A DNA stretch of 64,000 bases from Lama glama (taxonomy: Eukaryota), in NCBI GenBank assembly GCA_028534125.1, contig CM052816.1, positions 48,548,001 through 48,612,000 on the forward strand, read 5' to 3'. Under the pieces are notes generated by a model. The model ran no database searches. It was given only the letters and a program-made list of their open reading frames with translations, and had not been told where the DNA came from. Below are positions 1-12,282 of this stretch, one piece after another. Position numbers and translations under genes: made by a program. Within the stretch, counting starts at the first letter, position 1. Each line of letters begins with the position of its first letter.

Positions 1-895
1 AAGAACAAACAACCTGATGAAAAAAATGGGCAGAAGAACTGAACAGACATTTTTCCAAAGAGGAAATGCAGATGGCTAATAGGCATATGAAAAGTTGCTC
101 AATCATAGCTAATCATCAGGGAAATGCAAATCAAAACTACAATGAAATATCACCTCACACCTGTCAGAATGGTTTTCATCAAAGAAAACATAAATAACAA
201 ACATTGGCAAGGATGTGAAGAAAAGGGAACCCTTGTATACTGTTGGTGGGAGTGTAAATTGGTGTAGCCACTATGAAAAACGGTATGAGGTTACTCAAAA
301 AACTAAAAATGAAACTACTATGTGACCAGTAATTCCACTCCTGGGTATATATCAAAAAAACAAAACAAAACAAAACATTAATTTGAAAAGATACATGCCA
401 CCCCAGTGTTAACAGCAGCATTATTTATAATTGCTAAGATATGGAAGCAGCTTAAGTGTCCATCAGCAGATGAATGGATAAAGAAGATGTGAATGTGGTA
501 TATATATATACAATGGACTGCTACTCAGCCATAAAAAAGAACAAAATTTTGCCTTTTGCAGCGACATGGATGGACTTGAAGAGCATTATGGTAAGGGAAA
601 TAAGTCAGAGAAAGACGAAAACTATGATATCACTTATATCTGGAATCTAAAATATACAACAAACCAGTGACTATAACAAAAGAAAAGCAGACTCAGATAC
701 AGAGAACTTATGAGTAGTTACTAGAGGGAAATGGGGGAGAAGGGCAATATTAAGATGAGGGAGTTGGAGGCACAAACTATCAGGTGTAAAATAGGTTTGA
801 GGATGTATTGTACAACACACAGAATATAGCCAATATTCTGTAATAGCTTTAAATGTACAGTAACCTGTAAAAATCATATAACAAGAAAAAAATTA
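1..895 (+). mobile_element. LINE-1 3' portion (end of ORF2 plus 3' UTR), continues off the left edge
   Basis: Canonical L1 motifs 'gaaatgcaaatcaaaactacaatgaaatatcacctcacacctgtcagaatgg', 'actgttggtgggagtgtaaattggt' and 'gatgaatggataaagaagatgtg'; ends in an A-rich tract near 883-895. Confidence 0.95.
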
Positions 896-1009
896 AAATT
901 GAAGTTTTGTGGCAACTTCAGTTGTAGCAAGTCTATTGGCATCATTTTTTTTCAACAGTATTTGCTTACTTCATGTCTCTGTGTCACTTTTTGGAAATTC
1001 TTACAATAT
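896..1009 (+). mobile_element. Tigger1 (TcMar-Tigger) DNA transposon fragment
   Basis: 'aaattgaagttttgtggcaac...agcaagtctattggcatcattttt...ttcatgtctctgtgtcactttttggaaattcttacaatat' matches the recalled Tigger1 5' region. Confidence 0.85.
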
Positions 1010-1097
1010 CACGAGGTCTGTGTTAGGCTTCCCTTTCTCCAGTCCTTTGGCCATACAGTACAGATAACTCCAAAGATGAGACACATTACCACCATTA

Positions 1098-1290
1098 CAG
1101 TCTGTGTGATTTTAAGGAGATTGTTAATTCTCACTAAGGTTTAGTTTCAGCATCAACTAATAGTTGAATAATATCCCCTTCCTTATAAAGCCATTATTAG
1201 GATTTGATAAATGGTCACATATAAAGCAATTGGCATAGTATTTGGTCCATGATTTTATAATAATAATTATATAATGACATGATTGTTATT
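1098..1290 (+). mobile_element. MIR SINE, degenerate
   Basis: 'ctgtgtgattttaaggagattgttaattctcactaaggtttagtttc' followed by the MIR 3' pattern 'catataaagcaattggcatagtatttgg'. Confidence 0.65.
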
Positions 1291-2254
1291 GTTTTTGTGA
1301 CTATTACATTTTTTACTCCTGTAGGCCTATCAGGATTAAACTTTTCTCAGCCCTTATAAGAATATACTATCTATATATCCTGTTACATGAAATGTTCTAC
1401 AAAAACACAGGGAATTTATAGAATTATATAAGATATCTCCTAACCTATATAGGTTAGGTTTATTCATACCTTACCTGCATATTTTTTCAATCTAGATCCC
1501 CAGTGAATTATTTTTAAAAAATAAGTGGTGATGTTGAAAATCAGTTAACAATTAAGGTCAACAGACATTTTTTATGTTGTCTCACTGATAAGGTTTAAGA
1601 GATGAATCATGATACTATCCAAAAATGACTTATTGATTTGCTTTATCAAGTTAGAACAAATTTCACCAAAATGCTAAATTAGAGATCATACTGAAAGATT
1701 AAACATTTTGCGTTCCTTTTGATTACATATGTGATCTCTAAAGATATATATTACTATATTGCTTTTTCAAAATAGATTTAAATGTATAACCATGTATAGA
1801 TATTGTTCATATTTAAATATCAAATTATTGAGAAAGATGAATAGATATGTAGGTATGACATGAAAAATGTAACAGCCTTGACTTTCTGTAAAGGAATTAG
1901 ATGATTTTAGATGTAAAACTGCAGTCACTATTTTCAGAAACTTGTTCTTGGCTGTTTTGTTAGATTCAGAGTTGGCCTAAAGCTTCTGCCTTGTAGCTGT
2001 TTGTCCCACTGGTCTGTCTGCTGCTGCTTTTTCTCATGTATCTATAGCTGTGCTTCAGTGCTTTTTTAAAACATTTTTTTCTCCTTACCCTGCTTTTGAT
2101 TGACCCATTTTGGTCTTTGATGGAAAAGGAATCTTTTTCTGGTCCTTGTGGCTAGAGCATTTTTTAACTGCCTGTAAACTTCTATAGCTTTGTTTTCAAT
2201 ATACCTTGTGCTGTACTTATTCTTTCATACGTCTCATTTCTCTTTATAAACTTA

Positions 2255-2306
2255 TTGAGCTCACTGATGGCAGAAATTCATGAGTTTCTGCCATCAATGA
2301 GCTCAA
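2255..2306. repeat. 52-bp near-perfect palindrome with no spacer
   Basis: ttgagctcactgatggcagaaattca|tgagtttctgccatcaatgagctcaa; arms complementary at 24 of 26 positions. Confidence 0.97.
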
Positions 2307-2599
2307 AAACATACTTATTTGTCCCTCTCCCCAATACACTTACTCACAGAAAATATCTAACAATATTTCCCATTCACATAAATGGAGTTTAACAAACATC
2401 TGTCAATTAAGGGACTGTGTCTTCATTCTCATTTGACTTCAAATAGAAGTTTATAGATAAAGTTTTAATTAGTAGTATGGGGGACTACTGGATAGAGCCT
2501 GGATAGAGCATAGGCACTGGAGTCTGGAAGATTTGGAAAGGTGCTCATATTTCAATGGAAAAAGTTATGATTAACTACCTGATTTGAAGTCTGCCCAGG

Positions 2600-3310
2600 T
2601 TCCCAAGCCACAAACCTGTAAGTATGTACTTGACTCTTCTTTCTCTCTCCTTCAGCTTACAGTAATTTACCAAATCTTTTTGAGATAACAACCTGTAAGT
2701 CTCTTATATCTGGTCCCTCTTCACATTTTATCTTATATCAGAAAAATATGTTTAACTTTTTAAAATTTCTGCATGAACCTCCCTCATCTTCTCCCTATTC
2801 TTTCTCTAACCTAATAATTTTAACTAACAGAGCCACAGTGATAATTTTAAATTTTAAATTGTATCATGTATTTCCATACCCAAAAAACAAATCCATAACT
2901 CAGTCTTACTCTTAAGATAAAATTCAAAATTTAACACCGAAATTGCAATGCTTTTCCTCTGCTTCCTTCTCCAGTTTTATCTTTAGCACAGTCTTCTCAC
3001 TGTATCCTCTAGCGTTCTGGGTTATTATTATATTTAATGCTTCCAGCATGTTATCTTTGCTATTGCCTCTATTTTTCATTTGCCCTTCTTCTTCAGGAAA
3101 CATCCTCTTACACATTTCTTTCCCCCTGATAATTTCTACGTTGCCTTCAGATTTTAGTTGTTTTTAGTTGTGAAAGTAGGTGATATCCCTCAGCTATGTG
3201 CTTCTGGAATATTTGATTCTTTGTTTCATGTCTGCTTTACTTACAGTTGGAACTCGACTTCCGTTATAGTGTTTGTGAAATAGTCAACAAGTAATACATG
3301 TTGAATGAAC
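2600..3310 (+). mobile_element. L2 LINE 3' fragment, highly diverged
   Basis: Pyrimidine-rich L2-like blocks ('aagccacaaacctg...cttgactcttctttctctc', 'cagagccacagtgataatttt') ending in the L2-type tail 'aatacatgttgaatgaa'. Confidence 0.6.
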
Positions 3311-4967
3311 GTCTCCATTGTTTATATATTTTCTCTTCAATTTTTTCTGTTGATATTTTCAAACTTATTGCAATGAGGAGACGTATACTCAGCTGGTGGA
3401 TTTTGTGTTAGGAGGTAATGTCTTACCTTTTCAGTTCTCTGATTTTTCTCTCTGAAACTAAAACTGTGATACTTAAACTATCTTGAAAAAAAAAGATGCA
3501 ATTTTAATCATCACTAGCTTCAAATCTTCACAATCCTCATTTACACTGTTCTCTAGTGGAGCCAGGAGATAAAAATATTAATATAGAAAATCACTTTGGA
3601 TATTAAGATCCTGAATATTTTTGCCTCTTGAAATTCTCCTGAATTATTATTATTATGTATTTTTCACATAAGGACACTTTGATCAATTAGCAAAAGAGAA
3701 ATGATGTACCCTCTTAAAATTATTGGAACTGAACAAAATTTAGAAAATGTTTAAAGGGGATTATATTTGTTTCTTCTTTCATCAAATACAATGATGTGAC
3801 TACACTATGGAGTTTAAGAGAGTAAGACTAGGTCACAGTGAGACATTATCCTTTGAGTTTTAAATTATCATATTATTGCTGCCAAGTGAAAAGTTATTAG
3901 GTACATTAATTTCAATGATCACATAGTTTTTGAGGCAATAATTACTATTATTTATTTTATATATAATATATTTATAAATTTTATATATGTGGCAAAGAAA
4001 ATATATATAACAGTAATACATGACTACAAATAGAAAAATATATTCTACACTTTAAAAAATCTGATAGATTAATTCAGTTTTGAAATGAAATAGGAGTACA
4101 CATTTGCCCCTTAAAAGCTTATTTCTTTCAATAATTTAACATTGAATTTATTAAATAAATCAATATTATTCTTGGAAACAAAAACAAGTGGAAGCATAAT
4201 TTACTTTTCATCACAGGAGCATAAAAAAAGAAATTCAACTACCTCTTTCACTGTGTCTGAATATAGAAACACATTTCCAGAGGTAATAAATCTAACAAAG
4301 TCACAGAGATAACAACACATACTGCTGAAGTAAGACAAATATTCATTGTGGTTTTTAGACACGGCATTATAGGTGCTAATTATGACTAAAAATAATTTTT
4401 AAAAATCACAAAGATAATACCAATATCCCTTTATCAGTAATATAAGTATTTAAAATTACTCTTTTTAGACAAATACTTTTCACAGTCTTCCTTGCATTAC
4501 TGTTACCTTTGGCATGACTTTTATCCTATATCAGATTGTGTGATACTTTGCAGCATATATTTTTATTATCCCCTTAGTCCCTTGTAAATATTGATACTTA
4601 GGAAATGAATACTTAAATTAATGAACACACTGTATTCTTCTTCATGACCAGTGACATATATATGAAGATACTAGCTTATAATTAGGGAGAGTTTTGAATC
4701 CATAGTTGAGAAAGCAGCTTACTGGACTGCATGCTGACTAAACCTATACTCTTGTTTTTAGAAGTCTATGCTCTAATGAGTCCACCAGCACATGTGTACT
4801 TATGTACATTTGAAAGCAGATTCCTTGTGGGGTTTGTTTCTTTGTATATATTTTATAGAAAGGGTTTATAGGTGATTATTTCATCAAAACAATTTTGACT
4901 CTGTAGGATATATTAACTTTGCACATGATGGAATAAATTCTGTCAGGGCTATTCTTTGTATGCCTTA

Positions 4968-5363
4968 TATGTTAGTCAGCTAGGATTGTCATAACAAAAT
5001 GCCAGATGCCAGGATGGGTGGTTTAAACACAGAAACTTATTTTTTCTAAGTTCTGGAGGCCAGAAGTCCAAGATCAAGGTGCAAGAAACTTCTTGAGGAC
5101 TCTCTTTCTGTCTTGTAGATAGATGCTTTGTCCCTGTGTCCTCAGGTGGCCTCTTCTCTGCACGTACAGAAAGAGTGAGCTCTGATGTCCCTTCCTCTTC
5201 AAATCCTAGTAAGGAAGCCTGTCTTCTTGTATTAAGACCCCACCCTTATTACCTAATTTAATACTTTATTACCTCCTTATAGACCTTATCTCCAAATTCA
5301 GTTACATTGGAAGTTAGAGCTTCAACCTACGATTTTTTTCAGGACACAATTCAGTCCATAACA
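4968..5363 (-). mobile_element. MaLR solo LTR (MLT1A/B-like)
   Basis: 'ttagtcagctaggattgtcataacaaaatgcc', 'gttctggaggccagaagtccaagatcaaggtg' and terminus 'ggacacaattcagtccataaca'. Confidence 0.9.
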
Positions 5364-6119
5364 AGTTATTTCACTAAATCAGATCCAAAAGATATTCTTC
5401 AGAGTTAATCAAGCCAGAAGATGATTTTAAAATCCTTTTTTATAAAGGTGCCAATGAGCAGTTTAAGAACAGAAAAGTGAAGGAGAAAAATATTGGCATA
5501 TGCTAGTGAAATTTGGTATTTACATCATGTATATATATATATGCAGTTTTAGATCTAATTATATCCTAAAATAGTTTTTAGTTTTATATAATTTCTTTAA
5601 GTGAAAGCTTGATCTTTCCAACTTTTCCTAATCCATCTTGAGAGTCATTTTTTTTAATCTCCATCATAGATACTAGAGAAACACTAGTAAAGATTAATTG
5701 CCAGATTTAGTACCTATTAATTTGGAATATTATGAATATAAGGAGTAATTTTTCTGATCCATTGTACTAAATCCTTGCAGTTTGTATGTGGGATTAAGAT
5801 GGTTTTCACTCTGTCCCTAACATATAAGTCTACTCATTTATATTCTAAGGAAATCATTCCACAGTTAGTATCAGGAAATGTAAAGAGAATCCATTTCATT
5901 TAATTTCTTGAATGCTGTAGTTTTGTTTTTATTAAAAAAATATAAATACAATAAAATAAATTAGTTAATTAATATTGAGGCATGGTAAATATCAGCCTAT
6001 TAAATTATTTGTTAAATGCTAATAATTCATCTTTAAATATCTAACCTCAAATAAGTTAAATTTTTAAAAGAGGAAGAGTCTAATCTAATGATGACAAACT
6101 GCCGTTTTGGTAAATAGAT

Positions 6120-6290
6120 CTGGCATTGAAAAATACCTCTACCTTGTAAACTTAAGCAAGTAACTAAATGGACCATTGCTTTTCTACTCTCTAAATTGAA
6201 TGTAATAGTACTCATACCATGAGTCTGTTATGAAGACTCAATGAGATAATAGATTTCTGCTCTTTGGCACAATACTGAATAAGGTTCTAG
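6120..6290 (+). mobile_element. MIR SINE, degenerate
   Basis: 'tgtaaacttaagcaagtaactaaa...gtaatagtactcatacc...ctgttatgaagactcaatgagataat'. Confidence 0.6.
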
Positions 6291-6631
6291 TCAGGGAGTA
6301 TATTCTGTTAGGTTTTTTTTTTTTTTTAGCATGTTTCTTTGATTTAGAGATTACATTCTATTGATAAAAGTGCTAATCATTTTTGTTGAAGTACAGTTGT
6401 TCAAAATATTGACATTCTTGAATTGCTCGGGTAGAGAAAGTCCATTATATATATTTGAAAGGGTAATAATTTTATTTTACAATGAAAATATTTGAAATTC
6501 ACTGGAATGTGTATTTTTAAAAATAATTTTCCTCCTCATGTATTTTAATGATTAAAAACTAACCAAAGAACTATTATAGCCTAATAATGATGGATAAAAT
6601 AATTAATATGGGCATAAGACATTTTAAAACA

Positions 6632-7340
6632 TTTTTACTTTGAAATGCTTTTAGATTAAGAGCAGAGTTACAGAGATTTCTTGTATGCTTTCCCTCAATT
6701 TCCCTAAATGTTAACATCTTATATAACAATGGCATATTTATCAAAATTAAGAAATTAATGTTGATACTAAACTATTAACTAAACTACATATGCTATATGG
6801 ACTTCACCAGTTTGTCTACTGAAGTTGTTATTTCTGGTCCGTAATACAATCCAGGATACTCCATTGTATTTAGGGGTCATGACTCCTTAGTTCCTTAGTC
6901 TCCTTCAATTTGTGGCATTTCTTTACTCTTTTTCTAGTACTTCATGACCTTACCATTTTGAATAGGGTCTGTAGAGTATTTTGTAGAATATCTACACAGG
7001 GTTATCTGATGTTTTCCCAAAAGTAGACTAAGACTATGGACTTCGGGGAAGAGTACCACAGAGGAAAAGTGCTTTTCTTACTTCATCATATTGTTGGATA
7101 CATCATATCAACACTATTTATCACAAATGATGTTAACATCAATCATTTGGTTAAGGTTGCATTTCCCAGGTTTTTTCTCTGAAATTCTTATTGGATGTCC
7201 TCCCCACCTTTCTGTTTGTTTGAACTGAGTTAATAAGTCCCACCAATGTGCAAAAGAAAGGGGAATAAACTCCAACTTCTGGAGGGAAGAATATCTAAAT
7301 TAATTATTTGGAATTTTTCTGTGAAAAAGATTTGAGCCTT
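6632..7340 (-). mobile_element. Ancient LINE-1 3' UTR (L1MC/L1MD-like)
   Basis: 'tgttaacatcttatataacaatggcatatttatcaaaattaagaaattaatgttgatac...actattaactaaactaca', 'aatccaggatactccattgtatttag', 'gtattttgtagaatatc'. Confidence 0.8.
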
Positions 7341-7414
7341 TAGCTCTCCGGAATGAGCATAAACTTTTATTTACTGTTACAGTTAACAAATGTTACAGTT
7401 AACACACATTATAA

Positions 7415-8190
7415 AAGTTGACAAAGAGGATATAAGATTGGGTAATAAGCACATAAGAAGATTCTCACACCATTAGTTACAAAGGAAATGCAAATTAAAA
7501 CCTTAAGTAGATGCAACTGAATACTTTTAAGAAAGTTTAGAATGAAAAGACTGGTGATACTAAATGTTAAGAAAGGTATGAAAACTAGAACATTTATGGC
7601 AGGAATATAAAAATTGTACAGCTACTTTGAAAAATGGTGTAACTCTTAAAGAGTTAAACTACCTACCTAGAAATAGAGTCTTTCCATTTCTGTGTATCAT
7701 TTTCCTCCAAAAAGGAAAATAAAATACATATCCAGACAAAAAAATATACTCAAATTTTCATATTAGTTTTGCTTTTAGTAGGTGAAAATGGGGGACAACC
7801 CATCTGTTAATTAATGAATGAATAAAAGAAACCTAGTGTAACCATACAATGACAGTATATCCAAACAATGGAGCATTACTCTCAGCAATAAAAGAATGGA
7901 CTGTTGATACATGCAGCATGTATAAATCTCAAAATCATTATGACAGACAAAAGAAGCCAATCATAAAAGAATGCATACAATATGATTGCATTTTTATGAA
8001 ATTTCAGTAGATGGTTACCAAAGGTTGTCTGATACTAGAAATGGGATTTACTACACAGGAAATAAGAAAGTTCTGGGGGCAATAGAAATGTTCTGTTTTG
8101 CTTTGGTGGCTTCACAGGTGTATGCATCTGGCAAAACTCACCCGACTGTACATCTTAAAATTTGTTGCATATAAATTAAATCTCATTAAG
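7415..8190 (+). mobile_element. Ancient LINE-1 3' end (L1ME/L1MC-like)
   Basis: 'aataagcacataagaagattctcacaccattagttacaaaggaaatgcaaattaaaacc' and 3' end 'tggtggcttcacaggtgtatgcatctggcaaaactcacccgactgtacatctt'. Confidence 0.8.
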
Positions 8191-11100
8191 TGATATTTGA
8201 TAAGGGGTATGTCTTTTTTCAAAATTATTTTAGGACTTACATAAACAAAAACATTGGCAGGCCCTTTATTAGACCATTATGTCTTGACAGCAGGGACCAT
8301 GTTGTATATTTCTGAGAAATTTCACTGTTTTGATCTCAGCAATCAATTTTAGGCTATATAATCTGTAGTCATCAAAGTAAAAGATATTGTTTGACTAACT
8401 ATTTTCATCCCTTGAACTATCATAGTTTTTTTTTACATTCCAGTACCTTAATCTTACATTTCTCAAAGTTCTTTTATTGATAGATCTGCTTAGTTGGTAA
8501 TGCCTTAGGAATTTGTGTGACTGCATTAACCAATCTAAATTTCCTCTCAAAATTCTAACATGCACTGTCACATTTATGAATTTAATGAGCTAAATTCCAT
8601 TAACATTCTTCTTCACCTTACACCTCTCAACTGATGTACTTTTTCCTTGGGGACTTGGTGCTGAATATGATCTGAATGAAACAGCATTAATATATACACC
8701 CTTATATACACAAATCAAGACACACACATATGCAGACACAAACATACACATTCAAATGTATGCATTTTTTAAAATCATGTTCTAGGAGTCCTTTTTTTCT
8801 CTTATTTCATCAAAAAATTTGTACCTATTCCTCTAAAACAGTGTTGAAACTATAACTCCAACTTGAAGTGCATTAATTTAAAATTGAAATAGTTAAATGA
8901 TTTCTTATGAATTATGGATCTTAAAACTGTAGATATTAATAGTTCAGTGTGAGGTAGTTCTTTTGGAAATCTTATCTCAAGGTCTTTGAATTTTGGAAAT
9001 CCATAATAAAATAAAGAGAATGGTATGTAAAGACAATTACTAATGCAATTGTGACTACTGAAAAATTATAAATATCTTACATAAGTTACATAGCCATGAA
9101 TGTTTCAGGAATATTTTTGCCTTCTGAGAAATAATCTTTGAAGCTCTTTGACATCCTACTTTAAAAAGAGTAATTTAGCATATACTTCCATGTATATGAG
9201 ATTAGTTTAGATTAATTTACAAAATAGATTATATAACTATTTATTTGAGCTAAAAAAGTGTAGTGATAAGAGGATTTTATAGAAATTACTACATGGTAAT
9301 TATAATTATGTATAATGAGATTACTGACTTAAAGATCAATAAGGTAACCAGTCCCTTCCTGAAATGTAAATTAATTCTTCCAAACCCTTTGAAATATCTG
9401 TTAGAGGACAACAGGCAGAAGGCTACAGGGAATTTATTGATTAGAAATGACATGTTTTAGATACACAAAAGTATTACAAATGTCAAGGGATCAAAAATCT
9501 GAAACAGAGTAATAATAGAATCACAGGAGATAAAATAATACCATAGATTCAATGTAAACATTATGAAAATGGCAACACATTTTTATTCCCACATTACAGT
9601 GTAGATGAGAAAACTAGGCTTTCAAACATTTTTCAGAATTTACTCATTTGGATATGTAGTACATGAATAACACAAGATTTGAATGATAGCAACATATATA
9701 GAACAAAGCCTGAAAGTTTCACTTTATCTACCCTAATATCCCTGAGTCAGAGAGTGGAGTTACTATTAGCAGTTAAGTCCTCGGATTAACTATATGTGTG
9801 GAAAAATCATATATCTCAACATATCGGTCTATATTTAGACAGTTATATATGTAATGTATACATACATATTTATACATGTAATAATACTAAGGGCATGTAA
9901 AAATCTGAAGTAGACATTGACCTATGCAGTACCTTGCTCATGTCAAAATGGTAGACATATAGTAGTGATTTAAATAAAGGATAACTTTAAAATTAAATGC
10001 CAATTTATGGATGGAAAATTTGCACACTCTCTTTAAAGTTGAAGGAAATTTTCATTATTTAATAGAAGACATTTTCATAAAGTGATTACTTTGAATTATG
10101 CTCATACACTACTAACTGTAAGCCTGTGACATATATACTCACCATTTTGAATGCAAGAGTTTGGCTGAATAAGGGCAAGTGTGGACACGTGTTATTAGAC
10201 TCAGTTCCCTGGATTACAGTTATTTTGTACTTTTCACTAAGTCATTTGGAATTTATCACCTCTTTCAGTTTTTATTCTCTGAGTTATTTTACTATCCCAG
10301 GTTATCCCAGTATCACCTCTTCAGTATTTTATTTTCTCTCATCTGAAAAACACTGGGCAAGAGCTCACTGAGAGAGATTAACATAGACATTAACTTTGAA
10401 ATTTGGTAGCATGTAATTTTTGACAGTCAAAGCACTGTAACTCAACATTAAATTATTTTTGTAAGCATATATATGCTTGTTTAATTACTCATGATGCATG
10501 AATGCTAAATATAGTCAACAATTCTTTCAGAAGTATTTTATACAAGACATTACTTTATTAAATGTATGAGTAGAGAGACAAAAAGTATTTGTTTTAATAT
10601 AGTCCTTCCAAATTATAAATAGATAGATAGATAGATATAGATATATACACTTTTTAAAATTTTCTCCACCTTAGAGTTTGTCAATTGGTGGAAAAGGTAG
10701 TAATCATTGGTGTTGAAATATTACACATTTAATCTAAAACCTTTCAATTTAGATTGTCTTTGATGAAATTAAATAATATTGAGGCATTAGTATATTCAGC
10801 ATATGAACTGATCAAAAATCTAGAAATTAATCCAAAGCATTTTAGTGCAATTTAATTTTAAAATATATGCATGCTATCTACTGGTTGTAATATTGAGCTT
10901 TACAGATTCTGTTTCCTGGCTTTTCCTTACTAGATTTGAAAATGAAATTCCTTTTAGCTGAGAACCTTTGATTTTTCTTACCCAGTTTTTTTTTTCCCCT
11001 AATTACAAAGCTAGCAAAAATGAACCAGTCTATTTGTTCCAAATGCTGTGTGATTATCTTTCTCCAACATGTGTGCAGGCACAGCCAGGGTATACAAAGG

Positions 11101-12282
11101 CTGATAAATGAGCCATTTATTTGATATGGTAATAAAATCAGATTTATCAGAAGCCACCTATTGGCTATTCTACATATGTGTTAATTAGTAAGCTTTTGCT
11201 GAACCTCCACAAGGTGACAAATAGCTAAGTCTTTTCTAAAGATTTCTATTTCTGCATTAAGTAAGATGAAATGAATACTTAAAAAATCTGAATCTTAGGC
11301 ACCAAATGGAAACCTTCTTGCAATTCATAGCACATTAATTTATACAGATATATAGAGATTATATTAATTATAATTTAATATTGGACCTTATGGAATAAAT
11401 GTTTTATTTTCAGCACTGTTTTCTCATCTGAAAATCTCTTTTTATAAAGTGGCATCTTTATTATATTTACATTTGCTTTCTTATGGATGACAAGAATCCT
11501 AAATAATTTCTCAAAATATATATTAATTGGCTACAAAGTACGCAAGTAATTATTTTAATCAGTTACAAGAAAATTTAACTTTTAATAATTGGCTAGTGAG
11601 GTCTTTAAACCAGGCAAGTTAGGGTTGGTTAATAAGTCTGCCTAAGACATACAAAGGAAGGCTCCAGTTTGAACCATATATATGCTTGAACTATTCAACT
11701 TGAACAACTTGAACATAAGATGATGCTTCAATAGGCTACCATGTCAATATGCTATAGTGTAGTTTACCTGAGGGTTTGGGATATTAAAGGGGGTTAATAT
11801 TTCAGGATAAGAATGAATCAAAATTGAATACTAGAGATAACTTTTATTGAAAGTTCCAGTCATTTCATAAATAGTTAAGATTCATTTCTCTTGACCCTAT
11901 CATTCCATGTTTCATAGACACAACTCATTCTTCCTTCAGAAATGTACTAATAACCAGTCTAATCTATAGAGTGATTTAGCTCTCAACACTGTTTCTGTGC
12001 TGCAGGCATATATTTGCAAGTGCATTGATTCACTACTGTATGAGACTGCAAGGTAGACCACGTTTTCTAGGTTCATACATGGAGATTTATAAAGAATAAC
12101 AGAGTTTGGTATCGTATTAATTATTTGTCATCTCCTTCCAGACTTTATAAATTAAATAGAAATGAATATAGATTTAATTTCATTAAATCAAAATTATGCC
12201 ACCACTACTACTACCCATAAACACAGCTATGGTGAAATAGTTTATGCATATTTTCTCTATATCACACAAAACAAATAAAATC

